From contig JAGIQG010000008.1 in the NCBI GenBank assembly GCA_024679065.1, forward strand, positions 27,466,001-27,530,000: DNA of 64,000 bases, read 5' to 3'. Source of the DNA: Sphyrna mokarran (Eukaryota). How positions within the stretch are numbered: the stretch's first letter is position 1; each line of letters opens with the position of its first letter. Both the position numbers and the translations under genes were made by a program. The notes beneath the pieces were generated by a model. That model had not been told where the DNA came from. It saw nothing but the letters and a program-made list of their open reading frames with translations, and ran no database searches. Positions 41,451 to 53,472 of the stretch are shown here, piece after piece.

Positions 41451-42151
41451 AGATGAGTTCTGCTTGTGTCTGTTTATTTAAGGGGAAGGCCCCCACCCGT
41501 GGTTATGCTATCAGGAATTTTGCTTAGGGCAAAAATTGCAAAAGTCATTTGACTTACAGCAGTTATCTTATATCATCTTCTTAGTGACTCTTCTTTTAAA
41601 TAAAGATAGTTCCGAAAACTGAACTGAATGCAGACTACATTTTAAGGTATGAATTAGACATACTTTCACTGGGCATGACAATAATTTATGGCTGTTGGAG
41701 AGTGATTTCCCTGTGTGTTCCTAACTTATCCTTAGATTTTATTGATTTGTATTTGCCTTTCCCATGAAACTACAATGGGATTGTGTGGCTGTTCTCTGGA
41801 AGAAGCTGGATTATGATGTGCAAGTTAAATACAGCCAGACAGATTTGATACATTAGCTGGTAATTTTCTCTACTTTTTCATATGTTTATATGCCAAGATA
41901 ATTTACTTTCATTTAAAAAGTGACTAGATGTGTGAAAACTCCATCATAGTAAACAGTGCAGTATCAAAGGCAAGATTACCAATGAATGAGATGATGGCTC
42001 CTTTGTGAGCTTTTAAATGCAGTTTATCACTCCCTGTTTCAAGCGGTCAGCCTACATTGAAACCTACACAAATTGTGACATGCCTTTTTCAAGCAGATTC
42101 AGGCAGGCAAGCACATTGCAGTCAAGTGTAAAAGTACCAGATTAAATTTGG

Positions 42152-42587
42152 GTGTCATCTTTGGTTCAATGGTAGTGTCCTTGCTTTCAAGTCAGAATGT
42201 CACGGATTCATGTCACGAATTCATGTCACACACCAGAACTTGTGCACATCTTTAGCTGACAATGTGGTGCCAAGGGTGCTGGTACCTCCAACAGTACACT
42301 TTTAATTGAGATATTATACGAAGCCCCTATCTTCCCTCTTAGATAGGATTCTATGACACTAACATGAGTAGGGCAAGGCTAACATTTATCCATCAACCAA
42401 TATCTCAATAACAGTTTAATTTGTTATTTATCACATTGCTGTTTGTTGAATTTACTAAACACTATATGGCTGGTGCTTTCCTCAGAATTACAAAAGAGAT
42501 CTTGTTTTAAAAGCAAATAATTGGCTGTGAAGCACTTTGGAATGCTCTGGGATGATGGAAAAATGCTATACAAATGCATGTTCTTTT
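42152..42587 (+). mobile_element. Near full-length Deu-domain SINE (SacSINE1-like)
   Basis: tRNA-like head (tggttcaatggtag...aagtcagaa). Deu-like core ggctaacatttatccatcaaccaatatc...atcacattgctgtttg. Tail ttggctgtgaagcactttgg...gctatacaaatgcatgttcttt. Confidence 0.75.
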
Positions 42588-43079
42588 ATTATGAAACACT
42601 GATTCTATCTGTAAAAAAAAAGGCATTCATGAAATTAAAAGGATAAATGTTAGTAGTAAGATGTTGACTTGTGTATTGTAGAACATACAAGACATTTTAA
42701 TGTCCTCTTTTTCCACTGAATTGAAGCATGGTTACACATTGTGGTTTAGCTTTGCCACTATATGGAACAGACACCCAAGTAAATTATGCGTTCACAATAA
42801 GTACTGGTTATCCAATTCTGCAGATCAAGAAAACATACTGATAGACAATCTGTTTCTATTAACATTCCATCAGATAATAGGAAATATATTAATTTTAGGT
42901 TATGAGTACAGTTATTTCTCATAACACACATATATATATATATATAAAAGAAAACTGGTATATTAATTTAGCACTATCTATATCCAGTATTATACTTAGA
43001 AAAAAAGTTAACAATCCTTTCAGTCCTCAAAATACTAATGAATTCATTTTCACACTTCATCCTCTAGTCAAGACATATA

Positions 43080-43697
43080 GGGCTGGATTTTCAATGTTGG
43101 GTCGGGCACCCAACATCCTGGGAAATTACAGGTCCTGACCCCTCACCCAGGCTGTGTCAGTTTCACAACTTGGTTTTATTATAAGTGGCCTTATTAGCTG
43201 GAAGATGGGCACAGTGTCCAATTAGAGGCATCAAGTGCCTCCAAGTAGCAGGTGCTGCCTTTACTTGGGGCAAAAGCACACAGTATTCAGTGGACAGCTC
43301 TAGGAAAGGCCACAGAGGTAGAACAAGATGGACAGTAGCCTCCCACAACCAGGTTAGGATCAGCACTTGTGCTAGCACGAGTTGGTCCTAGACTTGTTTC
43401 AAAGACAAGTCTGCAAAAATTTGGATCCCATCACAAATCCAACAGCTGGGCACCAAGATACATACAAGTTGAAAATTAGGCAGAAACAGAAAGACCACTT
43501 AACAAAGTTCTTAAGGAGCTTAACAAGCCATCAGCTGGCAAACAGTGCATATCCACGCTTCCTCCAATCTGACATGCCTTTCAAGATTTGAAACTGTCCT
43601 GAAGACACTGAACTATGGATGATCTCTGGCACCTTGATTTTTCAAAATCCCATCCATACTGGTCCTGATTCCACAGACCTTTGAAAATCCCAGCCCC
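43080..43697. mobile_element. Harbinger-type MITE
   Basis: TIRs gggctggattttcaa / ttgaaaatcccagccc. TSD imperfect. Confidence 0.7.
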
Positions 43698-45091
43698 GAT
43701 AGCTGATGTTGCTCATAATTGAATCTGTTTCTCATTAGTTGTTAACAACCAAGCAGAATCTAGCCCAAGTGGGGTCTCTTTGGGATCCAGATGTTCCCAA
43801 GATATCACGTCTGTTATCAAAAGCTCAGAGACTATTCAATTCTCTGTGGTGGAGGTGGTAATGTATAAACCAGGTGGGTGCCCTGGGTTCCTTACCTCTG
43901 ATGCAGATTAAGTACGCACATACGTCATAATAAATTCTGCAGTACCCATTGTTTTGCCTCTCCAAACAGTTAGCACTGCATAACCAAATTTCTAAGTTAC
44001 TGTGCAAAAAGTACAACTCATATTTACTGCCTAACGTAACAAACATCTTAAGTACAAGTAGTCTAAATATTGGGAGAAGGCTGACTGCACTCATAGCATG
44101 GGGGAAAAAAATCATAGTTTTAGAAAAAAAACTAAGTTAAAGAAACAACGTACATTAATTTATGTTTCTGTAAAGCTCTGAAACTATCGACATTTATTAA
44201 TGAGAAAGAGCTTGTTCTTCTTTTTCAAAAAAGAAATATTTTTAATCACTTATTTTTAAACACAGACAGAATTACTCCCTGAAATTTGATCATGTTGCTG
44301 ATGATCATGGCAGCTTTTAGACATGTTTAAATATATGTGGAATATTCGAGATAAATTCACAGGATGGAAAATATAACTTAGACAAATATTTTGCAGCTAA
44401 TGGTTAGAAGAAACTTTTGTCCAGTAAGTTTCTTGTTTTAAAAAAGGTATATGATTTCTATAATTTATCATCCCTTAATTCTCTATCTTTAAACCTCTGA
44501 TGGAATAATTTACAATAACGTGCCAAAAGTTCCCTTTTAATGATGCCAGAAGAATTCCATGCGCAAAAGCAAAACTTAGCTTGCAACAGAAGTTTTCAAA
44601 AAAAATGCTGCTTTCCACATTCACACACGTTTTAGTATGAGTTATATTATCATGTAATATGTTCATCGAGAAATGAAACTCATTATCTTTTTGTATATCT
44701 AATAACAAAAAAGGATTCAGGACAAGCAGGGAATAGGAATCCACTCTTTTTTTCCCATTTAAAAATGGAAATCCTTGGGCTTTGCAGTCGAAAAGCATTA
44801 GCTTTCTTTCGGCATTACATTGTCCCAAAATCTAATGAACATGGCATGCTTATAACATAGACCATCATAAAATAAATGAATTTCAAGATTAGTCTGTCCT
44901 TGCATAGCACAATTGTCTTTCCTAAGCCCTCCAATTTTCCAAATACATTCTCAGGAATAATATTCATAAACAACCTTTTTTTGCTGCATAAAGCAATAAT
45001 TAGCCAATACATTTCTTTTTATATTTGTATACAATTGAATAGACTCTAACAAAACATTCAGCCCAACTTGTCTAAGCCAAAGCATTTTTAT

Positions 45092-45186
45092 TTTTCTATT
45101 CCCTATTTTCTCTCATATTTTCACTTTTCTATTCCCTATTTTCTCTCATATTTTCACTTTTCTATTCCCTATTTTCTCTCATATTT
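45092..45186. repeat. Perfect 33-bp tandem repeat, about 2.9 copies
   Basis: Unit ttttctattccctattttctctcatattttcac at 45092, 45125 and 45158 (partial). Confidence 0.95.
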
Positions 45187-45254
45187 ATAATAAATAATGC
45201 AAGCGGTCTACTACTATTCCATGGGCTGAATTTTACACTGGAAGCAGGGTTCAC

Positions 45255-46320
45255 AGAATTATTAAAGCACAGGAGGCCACTTGGTCCATCTCTGCAAATT
45301 ACCAATTCACCCAGTGTCATTCCTCTGTTTTCCCCCGCCACACTCCATAATCCTGCACATTCTTCTTTTCCAGATAACAATCTGATTCTCATTTCAATAC
45401 CTCAATTGAACTTGCCTTCACCTTGCTTCTCTCTCAGGCAGTGCGTGTCAGACCTTAATCAATGGTGATCTAAAAAGAAAAATTCCTCATTTCACCTTTG
45501 TTTTTTTTGCCACTTATTTTAAATCCGTGCCCTCTTACTCTCAATCCTTTCATGAATGGACCAGTTTTTCCCTTTCTACTCTATCCAGACCATTCAATTT
45601 TGAATACCTCTATCAAAATCTATTCTCAGCCTTTCTTCTAAGGAAAACTGTTCCAGGTTCTCCAATCTATCACAGTAACTGCAGTTTTTCATCTCTGGGA
45701 CCATTCTTGTGAGTCCTTCTGTACTCTCTCCCTCAACCTGCCAGCCACCTTCAATGACTTATGCACATATGCAGCCAGGTCCACTGCTCCCGCATTCCTT
45801 TAGAGTTGTACTCTTTATTCTACATTGGAAGTAAATGGAGAACAAAAGTAAACCACTTCACGTTTTTCCACACTGAACATCACTGCCATATTCCAACAAC
45901 TTGTTTATGTCCTTTTGAAGTTTACACAATACTACAGTTTATAATGTTTCCAAGATATGTCTGCAAATTTTGAAATTTGACAAGTCTAAATAATTTGTTT
46001 TTAAAATCAGGAGGAGCAAGTGTTCAAACATTTACCACTAGGGAAACGCCACTACAAATGTTTTCCAGTCTGTAAACATCCATTAAGAACCATTCTGTTT
46101 CTGCCACTCAGCTAATGTTGCTACTGTCCCTTTTATTTCCATGAGCTGCAATGTTGATCACAAATCTGTTGTGAGCACTCTTTTTAAATTCTTTTTGAAA
46201 ATCCATGCGTTACCCTCATCAACACTGTCCATATCTTCTTTAAAAAAACTCCAGCAAATTTATTAAACATAATTTTTCCTTAACAAATCTATGCTGGCTT
46301 TGCTTAATTAACCAGCATTA
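45255..46320 (-). mobile_element. Old CR1 LINE fragment
   Basis: cacaggaggccacttggtccatc tail. Also aaactccagcaaatttattaaacataatttttccttaacaaatctatgctggc, the reverse complement of the HxFVKxKSCLxNLLEFF region. Confidence 0.75.
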
Positions 46321-47289
46321 ATTGTGTCAACCTGCAAATCTTTCTGGCAGTAAGCACAGGAGAGGCTGCTTGGCCAGCAAGCTTGATGTGGAACGATACC
46401 TCTTAACCTGTAAGCCTTTGGCAACAGACTTGTGACCTGTTCTGGAAGTTATTAGTTACAGAAAGAGGCAAAAGCCTAACTTAGTGCATAACTAGCTGTG
46501 GAAAGAAAATAGTGAGCTTTTTATGTAAAAATCAGCCAGCACGTATGTGTGCACTGTGAAATAGAGCACTCTTGATGTTTCAGAGAACTTCATAGTCTGC
46601 AAAGAGGTATTGATGAGGAAGTATGTGAGAGTGTCAGTTAAACCTCATATTGGTTTGAGCTTAGTTGTCCAGCTGAGGTACCCAACATTATACAACCAGG
46701 TTATTTCTGGTTTCACCTTTCATTTCTACATGCAGCTGAAAAGAAAGCAGCTCCATCTGCTTTGTGCAGTAGCAGAGATTGCACAGCATTCAACACTGAT
46801 GTTGAAAAGCCATTGTTAACATAGGTCTGAATTATTCAAAATTACCTTCTGAGGTTAATATTTCTACCAAATGTAATTTCACTTTTGAATGATATTGCAT
46901 GCCATTGTGCTGGTATTTTAGTGCTTTCTCTGTCATCACCGTTTGCTGTTGTACCTCGCTCTGAGCCGCTTATCGCTGCTGCTCTTCTTCCCCTTCAACT
47001 CTTCCATAGAACAGGGTTTTACCCATTAGGAAGGGTATTCCAGCAGCTTCATTTCTCTGAACGGTTGTGTGTGCGTGTGTGCCTGTGCGCGTGCGCACAT
47101 TTCAAAGCACAGCATCTTTGCTAAGTATACGACAGGTCTCTTTTTAATAAAAAAAATCACAAAGAACATAATTGTGATACTCTAGGATTTTTAGTTATGC
47201 TGATACAGTGACATGGTGCCTAACTTTCTGGGAGTAAATTTATGTTAATGTACTATTCAGGTATATCACAGGAGTCTTTTTTTTAAAAC

Positions 47290-47560
47290 GCAAGAGTTAT
47301 GTAAATAGAAGGCAAAAACTTTCAGTGCAGGTTAATTAAGCAAAGCCTGCACAGATTTGTTAAGGAAAAACTATGTTTAATAAATTTACTGGAGTTTTTT
47401 GAAGAAGGAACTCAGAGTGTTAAAGATAATGCACAGATTTTCAAAAGACATTTAAAAACAGCGCCACACAACAGACTTGTGATCAACATTGCAGGTTATG
47501 GAATAAAAGTGACAGTAGTAACATGCTTACAACATTAGCTGAGTGGCAGGGAAACAATTG
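47290..47560 (+). mobile_element. CR1 RT fragment
   Basis: gatttgttaaggaaaaactatgtttaataaatttactggagttttttgaag...gattttcaaaagacattt, CLxNLLEFFE / DFQKxF-like. Confidence 0.75.
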
Positions 47561-47614
47561 AGAAAATTTGCACATAACTTTAATATCAGTTTTATGTTGA
47601 AATATTGGTTTAAA

Positions 47615-48000
47615 TTTTATTTACTGTCACAAGTAGGCTTATATTAAGCCTATCAAATATAAAGGAAACTTTAAAACATCCAAATTAAAATATGATTATT
47701 AGAGTCGATAATTCATGACAGCCCCTGCAGCGCCCAATAGGTATGGAAGGCATTAACTGCGCTAGTGGACACTGCGTACTCCCTCTTCAGGGATACCTGA
47801 AGTTACTAAGAAAATCACCACACTCTGACATCTGTTCAGGCACACAGGAGGGAGAATAGAGCATAGACAATGCACCTAACCAACACGTCTTTCAGACTGT
47901 GGGAGGAAAGTGGTGCACCCAGAGAAAACCCACACAGACACAGGATAAGCATGCAGACTCCACGCAGACAGTGACCCAAGCCAGGAATCAAACCTAGGTG
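47615..48000 (-). mobile_element. V-SINE carrying a 149-bp templated insertion
   Basis: gtcacaagtaggctta...|...tgaagttact...gcagactccacgcagacagtgacccaagccaggaatc; same family as 31615-31905. Confidence 0.85.
47652..47800 (-). repeat. Inverted local duplication of 48779-48927
   Basis: The reverse complement matches at 147 of 149 positions by manual comparison. Confidence 0.95.
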
Positions 48001-48309
48001 ATGCAAAGTTGCTCACTGGACAAGGAATTCCAAGATGCATTAAATTATAAACTCCATCCTTGTAACTTTTCATTTTACATGCATTCTTTGTCGGCATTCA
48101 TTGCCATGTTATTAAGCTCACTTCAAACTTTGAAGTATCTTCCAACTGTGAGATAGGATTTAAAGCTTGCATTTGAAAGCTTTTGCTTAAAATTACTAAT
48201 TTTTTTTTAAGCAGTTTCCACAGTCATTATTACCCAAAACTTCTGTAAATCCTGTTCTCACTTACATCTTTACATTCCCTTTCCAACTTTTGCTGCCTCT
48301 CATAACTGC

Positions 48310-49025
48310 ACTCTGTTCCCTATTCATTGTCCAGCCTGGATACACCTTGGTAGGCCTTGTTCTGTCAGACGGCAGAAGTCCCCAGTGAAGGTCCCTTTAC
48401 GGAGAAATCTCCCCTGATTACATCAGAGACCTGGGGTAGAGGGTGATGCACGCAGCAGTTCCGCACAACTGTAGGATCCAATGGTTCACAAACTCCAAAG
48501 CTTGCTCGTTCTGTGCCCTTGTGAAGTCCATGGACCATGAGTGTGTTTCGTGTCTTAGGTTACACCCCCTTTTTGTTTTTTTGAAGAACCTTTTATTAAC
48601 TTCTTTTTTTGCACTTCAGTCCAACACTCCTGATCTACAACCACCTGGGGCGGAGAGGGGCAGGTCAAGATAGCAACCTGGGCCTGGTGAAACATGCCAT
48701 TTACAGGTCCAGACAGCGGGCGATCGAGGGGGCTGTCCATCCTGACTGTCTGCCCCTCTACCATGAGTACGTTCGTGGTCAGGTATCCCTGAAGAGGGAG
48801 TACGCAGTGTCCACTAGCGCAGTTAATGCCTTCCATACCTATTGGGCGCTGCAGGGGCTGTCATGAATTATTGACTTTAATAATCATATTTTAATTTGGA
48901 TGTTTTAAAGTTTCCTTTATATTTGATTTTGTTCGGGCTGCTCCCCCTCTTTTTGGGGAGCCGCCCCTTTTATTTTGTCCTGATTTAACTTGAGTTTGTT
49001 TATTTGGTTTGACCTTACAAGAGGC
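48310..49025 (+). mobile_element. Tx1-clade (L1-like) LINE 3' fragment
   Basis: Reads ACSFC...HECVSCLRLHPLFVFLKNLLL and HFSPTLLI...AIYRSRQRAIEGAVHPDCLPLYHEYVRGQVSLKREYAVST...W, resembling the Tx1 ORF2 C-terminus. Followed by a T-rich 3' UTR. Confidence 0.8.
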
Positions 49026-49297
49026 CAAGTAACAAAGATGCTGAATAGGCCAAATAACAGATGCTAAATATCGAAGCAGACTTCTTTACAAGATTGAGAA
49101 TCACCAATCTTATCCGCATTTCTTCTTTTCATACCATTCTCGTAGCTCAGACAGGCAGCAAAGCCAACATGTAGAAACCTCCCCAGTTGTCACCAATGGT
49201 CTCACCTGGGCCAAGGCTGTCATCGTCATTGTGAAATAGCAGAATGGTCCAAAAGATGCATACCCTTGAACGTGGCAATTCTCATTTCTACAGGGCA

Positions 49298-49303
49298 GGA
49301 GGA

Positions 49304-49334
<31 letters not shown>
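49298..49334 (+). repeat. (GGA)3 plus G22 homopolymer
   Basis: G run at 49307-49328. Confidence 0.9.
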
Positions 49335-49335
<1 letters not shown>

Positions 49336-49799
49336 ACAGGGCATGTTTTGTGCATTCACATTTTATGGAGGTAGCTGGCCACTTAAATCATTAGCTGCCT
49401 CTTGAAGTAAGTGTGCAAAGTACACCTGTTAAGGCAGATCTGAACTTGGTGTTTTTGTTTGGACAGCCAAGAGGGGTACAATTTGCTTCAAAACTTTATT
49501 CACAGCCCCCAAAGTAGCACGAAACCAATTCCAAACGTCTTCACTGAACTCAAGGGAATAAGAGAGTGGAGCTCCTGGTCCCCAGTCGGGGGCAATTCAT
49601 TTTGCTCCTCCTGACTCATGCACCCAGCTGCCACGAAGAATTTTGCACTGTAGAAGAGTGAAAAATGCTTCATGTGAAGGAACATAGAAGTTGGACACTG
49701 CATGCTCACATATAGAGGCCACAGCAGCCACACAGTGAGCAGCCATAAACCAGAGAAAGGTTAGATAGTCAGGAGGAAGAAGCCCATGCACTAGGAAAG

Positions 49800-50800
49800 A
49801 GGAGGAGGTGAGGCAAGGCAACCAGCTACTACTCTGTGGAAAGGATGTACAGAGCTACCTTACCTCAACATGACAGGAAAATTGCAGAAACCACTTAAGT
49901 CATGAGGCGGTGACAAATGTACATTGCATAGTCCAAAAGCAGTTTGAGTTAAAATCCATTGAAGTCTATTGGCTCTGTCAACGGCTGTGAAGTTAACCAT
50001 GACTCTCAAATTCTATGCCTCAGGTTTTTGTTTACAAGGATCATCAGGAGAGCTGTTTGGTATATGCCAGTCAGCAGCACACATCTGCATTAAAGTTGAA
50101 CCTAATGCCCCGTTTGCTCATGTGGGCAATCAGGTTAATTTCTCTGTAGATTTACCATCTTGGACACAGGCAGCCACAATCTACCCAATTAACCGGCTTC
50201 CCTCAGATGCAGGGTGTTATTAATTGCAGCATAATGCCACGAAGGCCCTAATTCAGCATGCAGACACCTTTATCAAGGGGAAATCCATGCAATCAACGTT
50301 CAGGTGGTTTGTGAAAAAGCAAAGTTCTGTTGAAGGGTCATTATGGACTCAAACCCTCGTTTATCTCTTCACAAATATTTCCAGACCTGCTGAATTGATG
50401 CACCATTTTCTGCTTTTATTCCAGGTGGTTTGTGACCACAAGGTTTTTCGTCATGTGTGCAGAAGGTTCTCCGACAACCGCCACAGCTCCTTCATAGCTG
50501 AAGGAATTTCAGCCACAATGCAAATCCATTGCTGACTTCGAGGGAAGGGTACAAGCCCCTTTAAGAATTTGGATAATGACATCCTTTAGAGGCCCTCAAA
50601 CTGAGGTATAATGCAATTACAACAGCAGCCATGCTGTCACTAGGAGCACCACAAGCAGGAATTTGGCATTTTAAAGTTGTGATTCAAATGCGTCAAGCTC
50701 TCAGGTAAAAGTCGACAATTTGCCCCAGCAAGGATATCAAAGAAACAACAGTGGTGCATGCTGCATAACATTGTGTGGTGAAGGGAGCATACAAATAAAT
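49800..50800 (+). mobile_element. Decayed PIF/Harbinger transposase
   Basis: Reads LSTAVKLTMTLKFYASG..QGSSGELFGICQSAAHICIK and GFPQMQGVINC. INVQVVCDH is restored when the insert at 50315-50421 and one TSD copy are removed. Confidence 0.85.
50315..50421 (+). mobile_element. Second-family Penelope-like terminal fragment with 14-bp TSD
   Basis: TSD caggtggtttgtga at 50301-50314 and 50422-50435. Insert agttctgttgaagggtca..gactcaaac...ccagacctgctga...ttctgctttt. Confidence 0.7.
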
Positions 50801-53186
50801 GTAGACGACACCCATGAGCAGAGTTCCAGCCTCTGAGGAGGAGGAAAAAAAATGCCCCTGTTCATTTGAAAGATTACAAAATGAGTGAGGATGAGGAGAC
50901 CACCAAAGTGGCAGAGCAGGTGGCAGGCACGGCTATATAGTCGAGACTGAATCTGGGCAGAAGAAATCTTCAGATGGGTCCTTGAGCAAAACATATACTA
51001 AGATTCTCAGATTTCACAGCTACCATCAAGCAGTCCCTGATGACATCCTTTCCTCTGAAGAATATTCTACATTGACTCCACAATTACTTGAGGGACTGCC
51101 CATCCCTCACAAGGGAGAGAATCAATGAGTCTGTCACATTCATATGGCTGAAACTCTCACCACCATAACCATGAGCCTCATCTATTGCAAACATACATGA
51201 CAATAAGTCATTCACAACTTGGCCTCCTCATATGACAATAAATGATAGTCCATCCTTCAAACTGTCCATAAGCAAAAGTATGCTTACGATGTAAAGCTGA
51301 CAGGATGATAGAATTAAAACCCTGTATAAGCTGATAAAATTCTATGTTCAGCATATAAGCAGATAAGGCGTCTTGCACACGATATGGTTCTTTGAAAGAA
51401 CTTGCACAGCATCCATTCTAATGGTCTGGTTGCTGCACCCACATCAGAATTCTTAGCTTCCATATACCACTCCTCCTCACAAAGCACATCCTGTGGCACC
51501 TGGAACGCAAATGCAAAGTACTGGACACAGTAGACAACCAGATTATCTTTTGAGCTGCGATACCTATTCTGGATCATTGCAATGCAGATGAACACCTTGC
51601 ACCCAGCACTCATGCTTGAGATGGGCCTTCTACCCAGCATCTGTTCACGGAGCACAATCTTTTGGTCTCTCCTAAAGTCAAGTCTGGATGGACAATGAAA
51701 GGTACAAGGAGTATCTCAGTGTTTGAGCCTCTGAACTCTGTAATCTTACATGATAACTTAGATGAGTGTCAACACACTACCTTCATTATCAGCATTTGAG
51801 GTCGCTAATATACAGACAAACACCAAGTCATGTACAAGCTTAAGTAAATATATTCAAAAAGTGTCAAATGTGCTATAGATTATATTGAATGTGTTATAAA
51901 AGCGAACACATTAGTGCTCTTGATGAGACAACGCCTGTCGCTCTCACGCTCATACTGCTAAGAAATGAAGGAGGACGGAGACTGCTCACTTTTTTGTCTA
52001 AACATTGATGCAGGAGATTGCCTTGTTGTGCAGAGACCCAGCCAACGGAACGAATTGAAGTTCTGTCCTCTGCAATGGGAGGCATGGTCGTTATCATACA
52101 TGCAGTAGATAAGGGCACTGATGAAGCTGCTCTGGAAGATAAGGATGCTGAGGAATTCTCAGTACCTTCATTCTCATCAGCGACCTGCACAACCTTGGGT
52201 TGGTCTTCCGGTGATTTTGATGGAACTGGCTGCTGTGCACAGCAGTTATTCATTCCAACAACTACTGTGCCAACCGTGTGACCTTGCTGTGAAGGTACAC
52301 AGCTGCTCATGTACTCCACAAACACTAGCACTCATACTATAAGTGGACTGATCCAGGCTACTGAGGGAGGCATATACCCCTACCTGGCCAGGATGTCGCT
52401 CTTGCATCCATTCCAAGCGTTCCTGCATCTGTCTCTCCATGAGATTTGCTGATTTCTCACAGTCAGAGATCATGTGGTTGAGCCCTCCAGGAAAATGTGA
52501 AGTTCTTGGCAATATTGGACTCCTCCATTCACAGTCCAAGAGCTGCCTCAAAGAATTTTGACCAGTGTCCACACACCTGCTGCTAATTATCTAAATACTG
52601 TTTGTCGAAAAGGTGACTCCCAAGCGTGTATATTCTTGCCTACTGGGACATCATCATTACTTTCTGCCCTCTCCCAGAGGGTTCTGTCATCTCCTACACT
52701 CTGATACAGTGAATTTCACCTTGTACCACTGACTACACCTACTCTATTTAGCTCTGAAGTGCCTGGCGTCTGAATTAGCAGCTTCTAAGCTCTTATATCG
52801 TGTCTCTTTGAATATCTCTTCCTCCTCTTGATACCCGAGGGTTGATGAGAGTGGGGGTTGGGGATGAAACAGCAGAATTGGAACCTATGACACAGAAGAG
52901 TTATTTAGGTAGAGAACTAACCACCAACCCCACTGAAGGCCAACCCATAGCTGTGCAGGTCTCTGACAGGATAAAAGTTATCAAGAGCTCCTCGGCACCC
53001 TGATCTTCCTCCACCTCCCCAGAACCTCTGCCAGGGCCATCTGCTGCATGTGACCATAGCAGCCCTTGTAAAGATGCACAGCCTAGAGTCTGAAGGAGGA
53101 TCCAATAGGTGCATGTTTACTGTGAAGGTACATTGAGATGCATGTCTCAAAACATCAACTCTTTCTCTGTCTGCAGATGCTGCCAG

Positions 53187-53472
53187 AGTGGAACAGTGGT
53201 TCATACTGCTGTCTCACAATGCAAGGAACCTGGATTCAATTCCCGGTGGGTCACTGTGAAGAGTCTGCACGGGCTTCATCTGGGTGTTCTGATTTCCTTC
53301 CTCAATCCAAAGATATGCGGGTTAGGTTGACAGGCCTGTTAAATTGCCCTTTATTGTCAGGGGGATTAGGAAGGTAAATACGTGGGGTTATAGTGATAGG
53401 ATGTGGATGAGATTGTTGTCAGTGCAGAATCGGTGGACCAAATGGCCTGTTTCTGCTCTGCAGATTCTCTGA
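53187..53472 (+). mobile_element. Near full-length HE1/V-SINE
   Basis: tRNA-like head gtggaacagtggttcatactgctgtctcac...ggattcaattccc, then V domain, then tail aatggcctgtttctgctctgcagattct. Confidence 0.85.

Noticed and set aside
45092-45186. 33-bp repeats as a CRISPR array
   Set aside because: The units are contiguous with no spacers, there are no cas genes and the context is eukaryotic.
49110-49355. Proline-rich ORF
   Set aside because: Artefact of the G22 homopolymer.
49969-50800. Host HARBI1 gene
   Set aside because: Multiple stops, frameshifts and an insertion in a conserved motif, and several similar relics in the window. This is a transposon fossil.
51300-51720. Possible second Tx1-like fragment or coding ORF (51314-51655)
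   Set aside because: The similarity is too weak to support by eye and needs a translated HMM search.
53187-53260. tRNA gene (A/B-box-like sequence, also near 27250-27318, 29850-29910 and 57450-57515)
   Set aside because: These are tRNA-derived SINE heads that continue into the V domain and tail; there is no intact cloverleaf.
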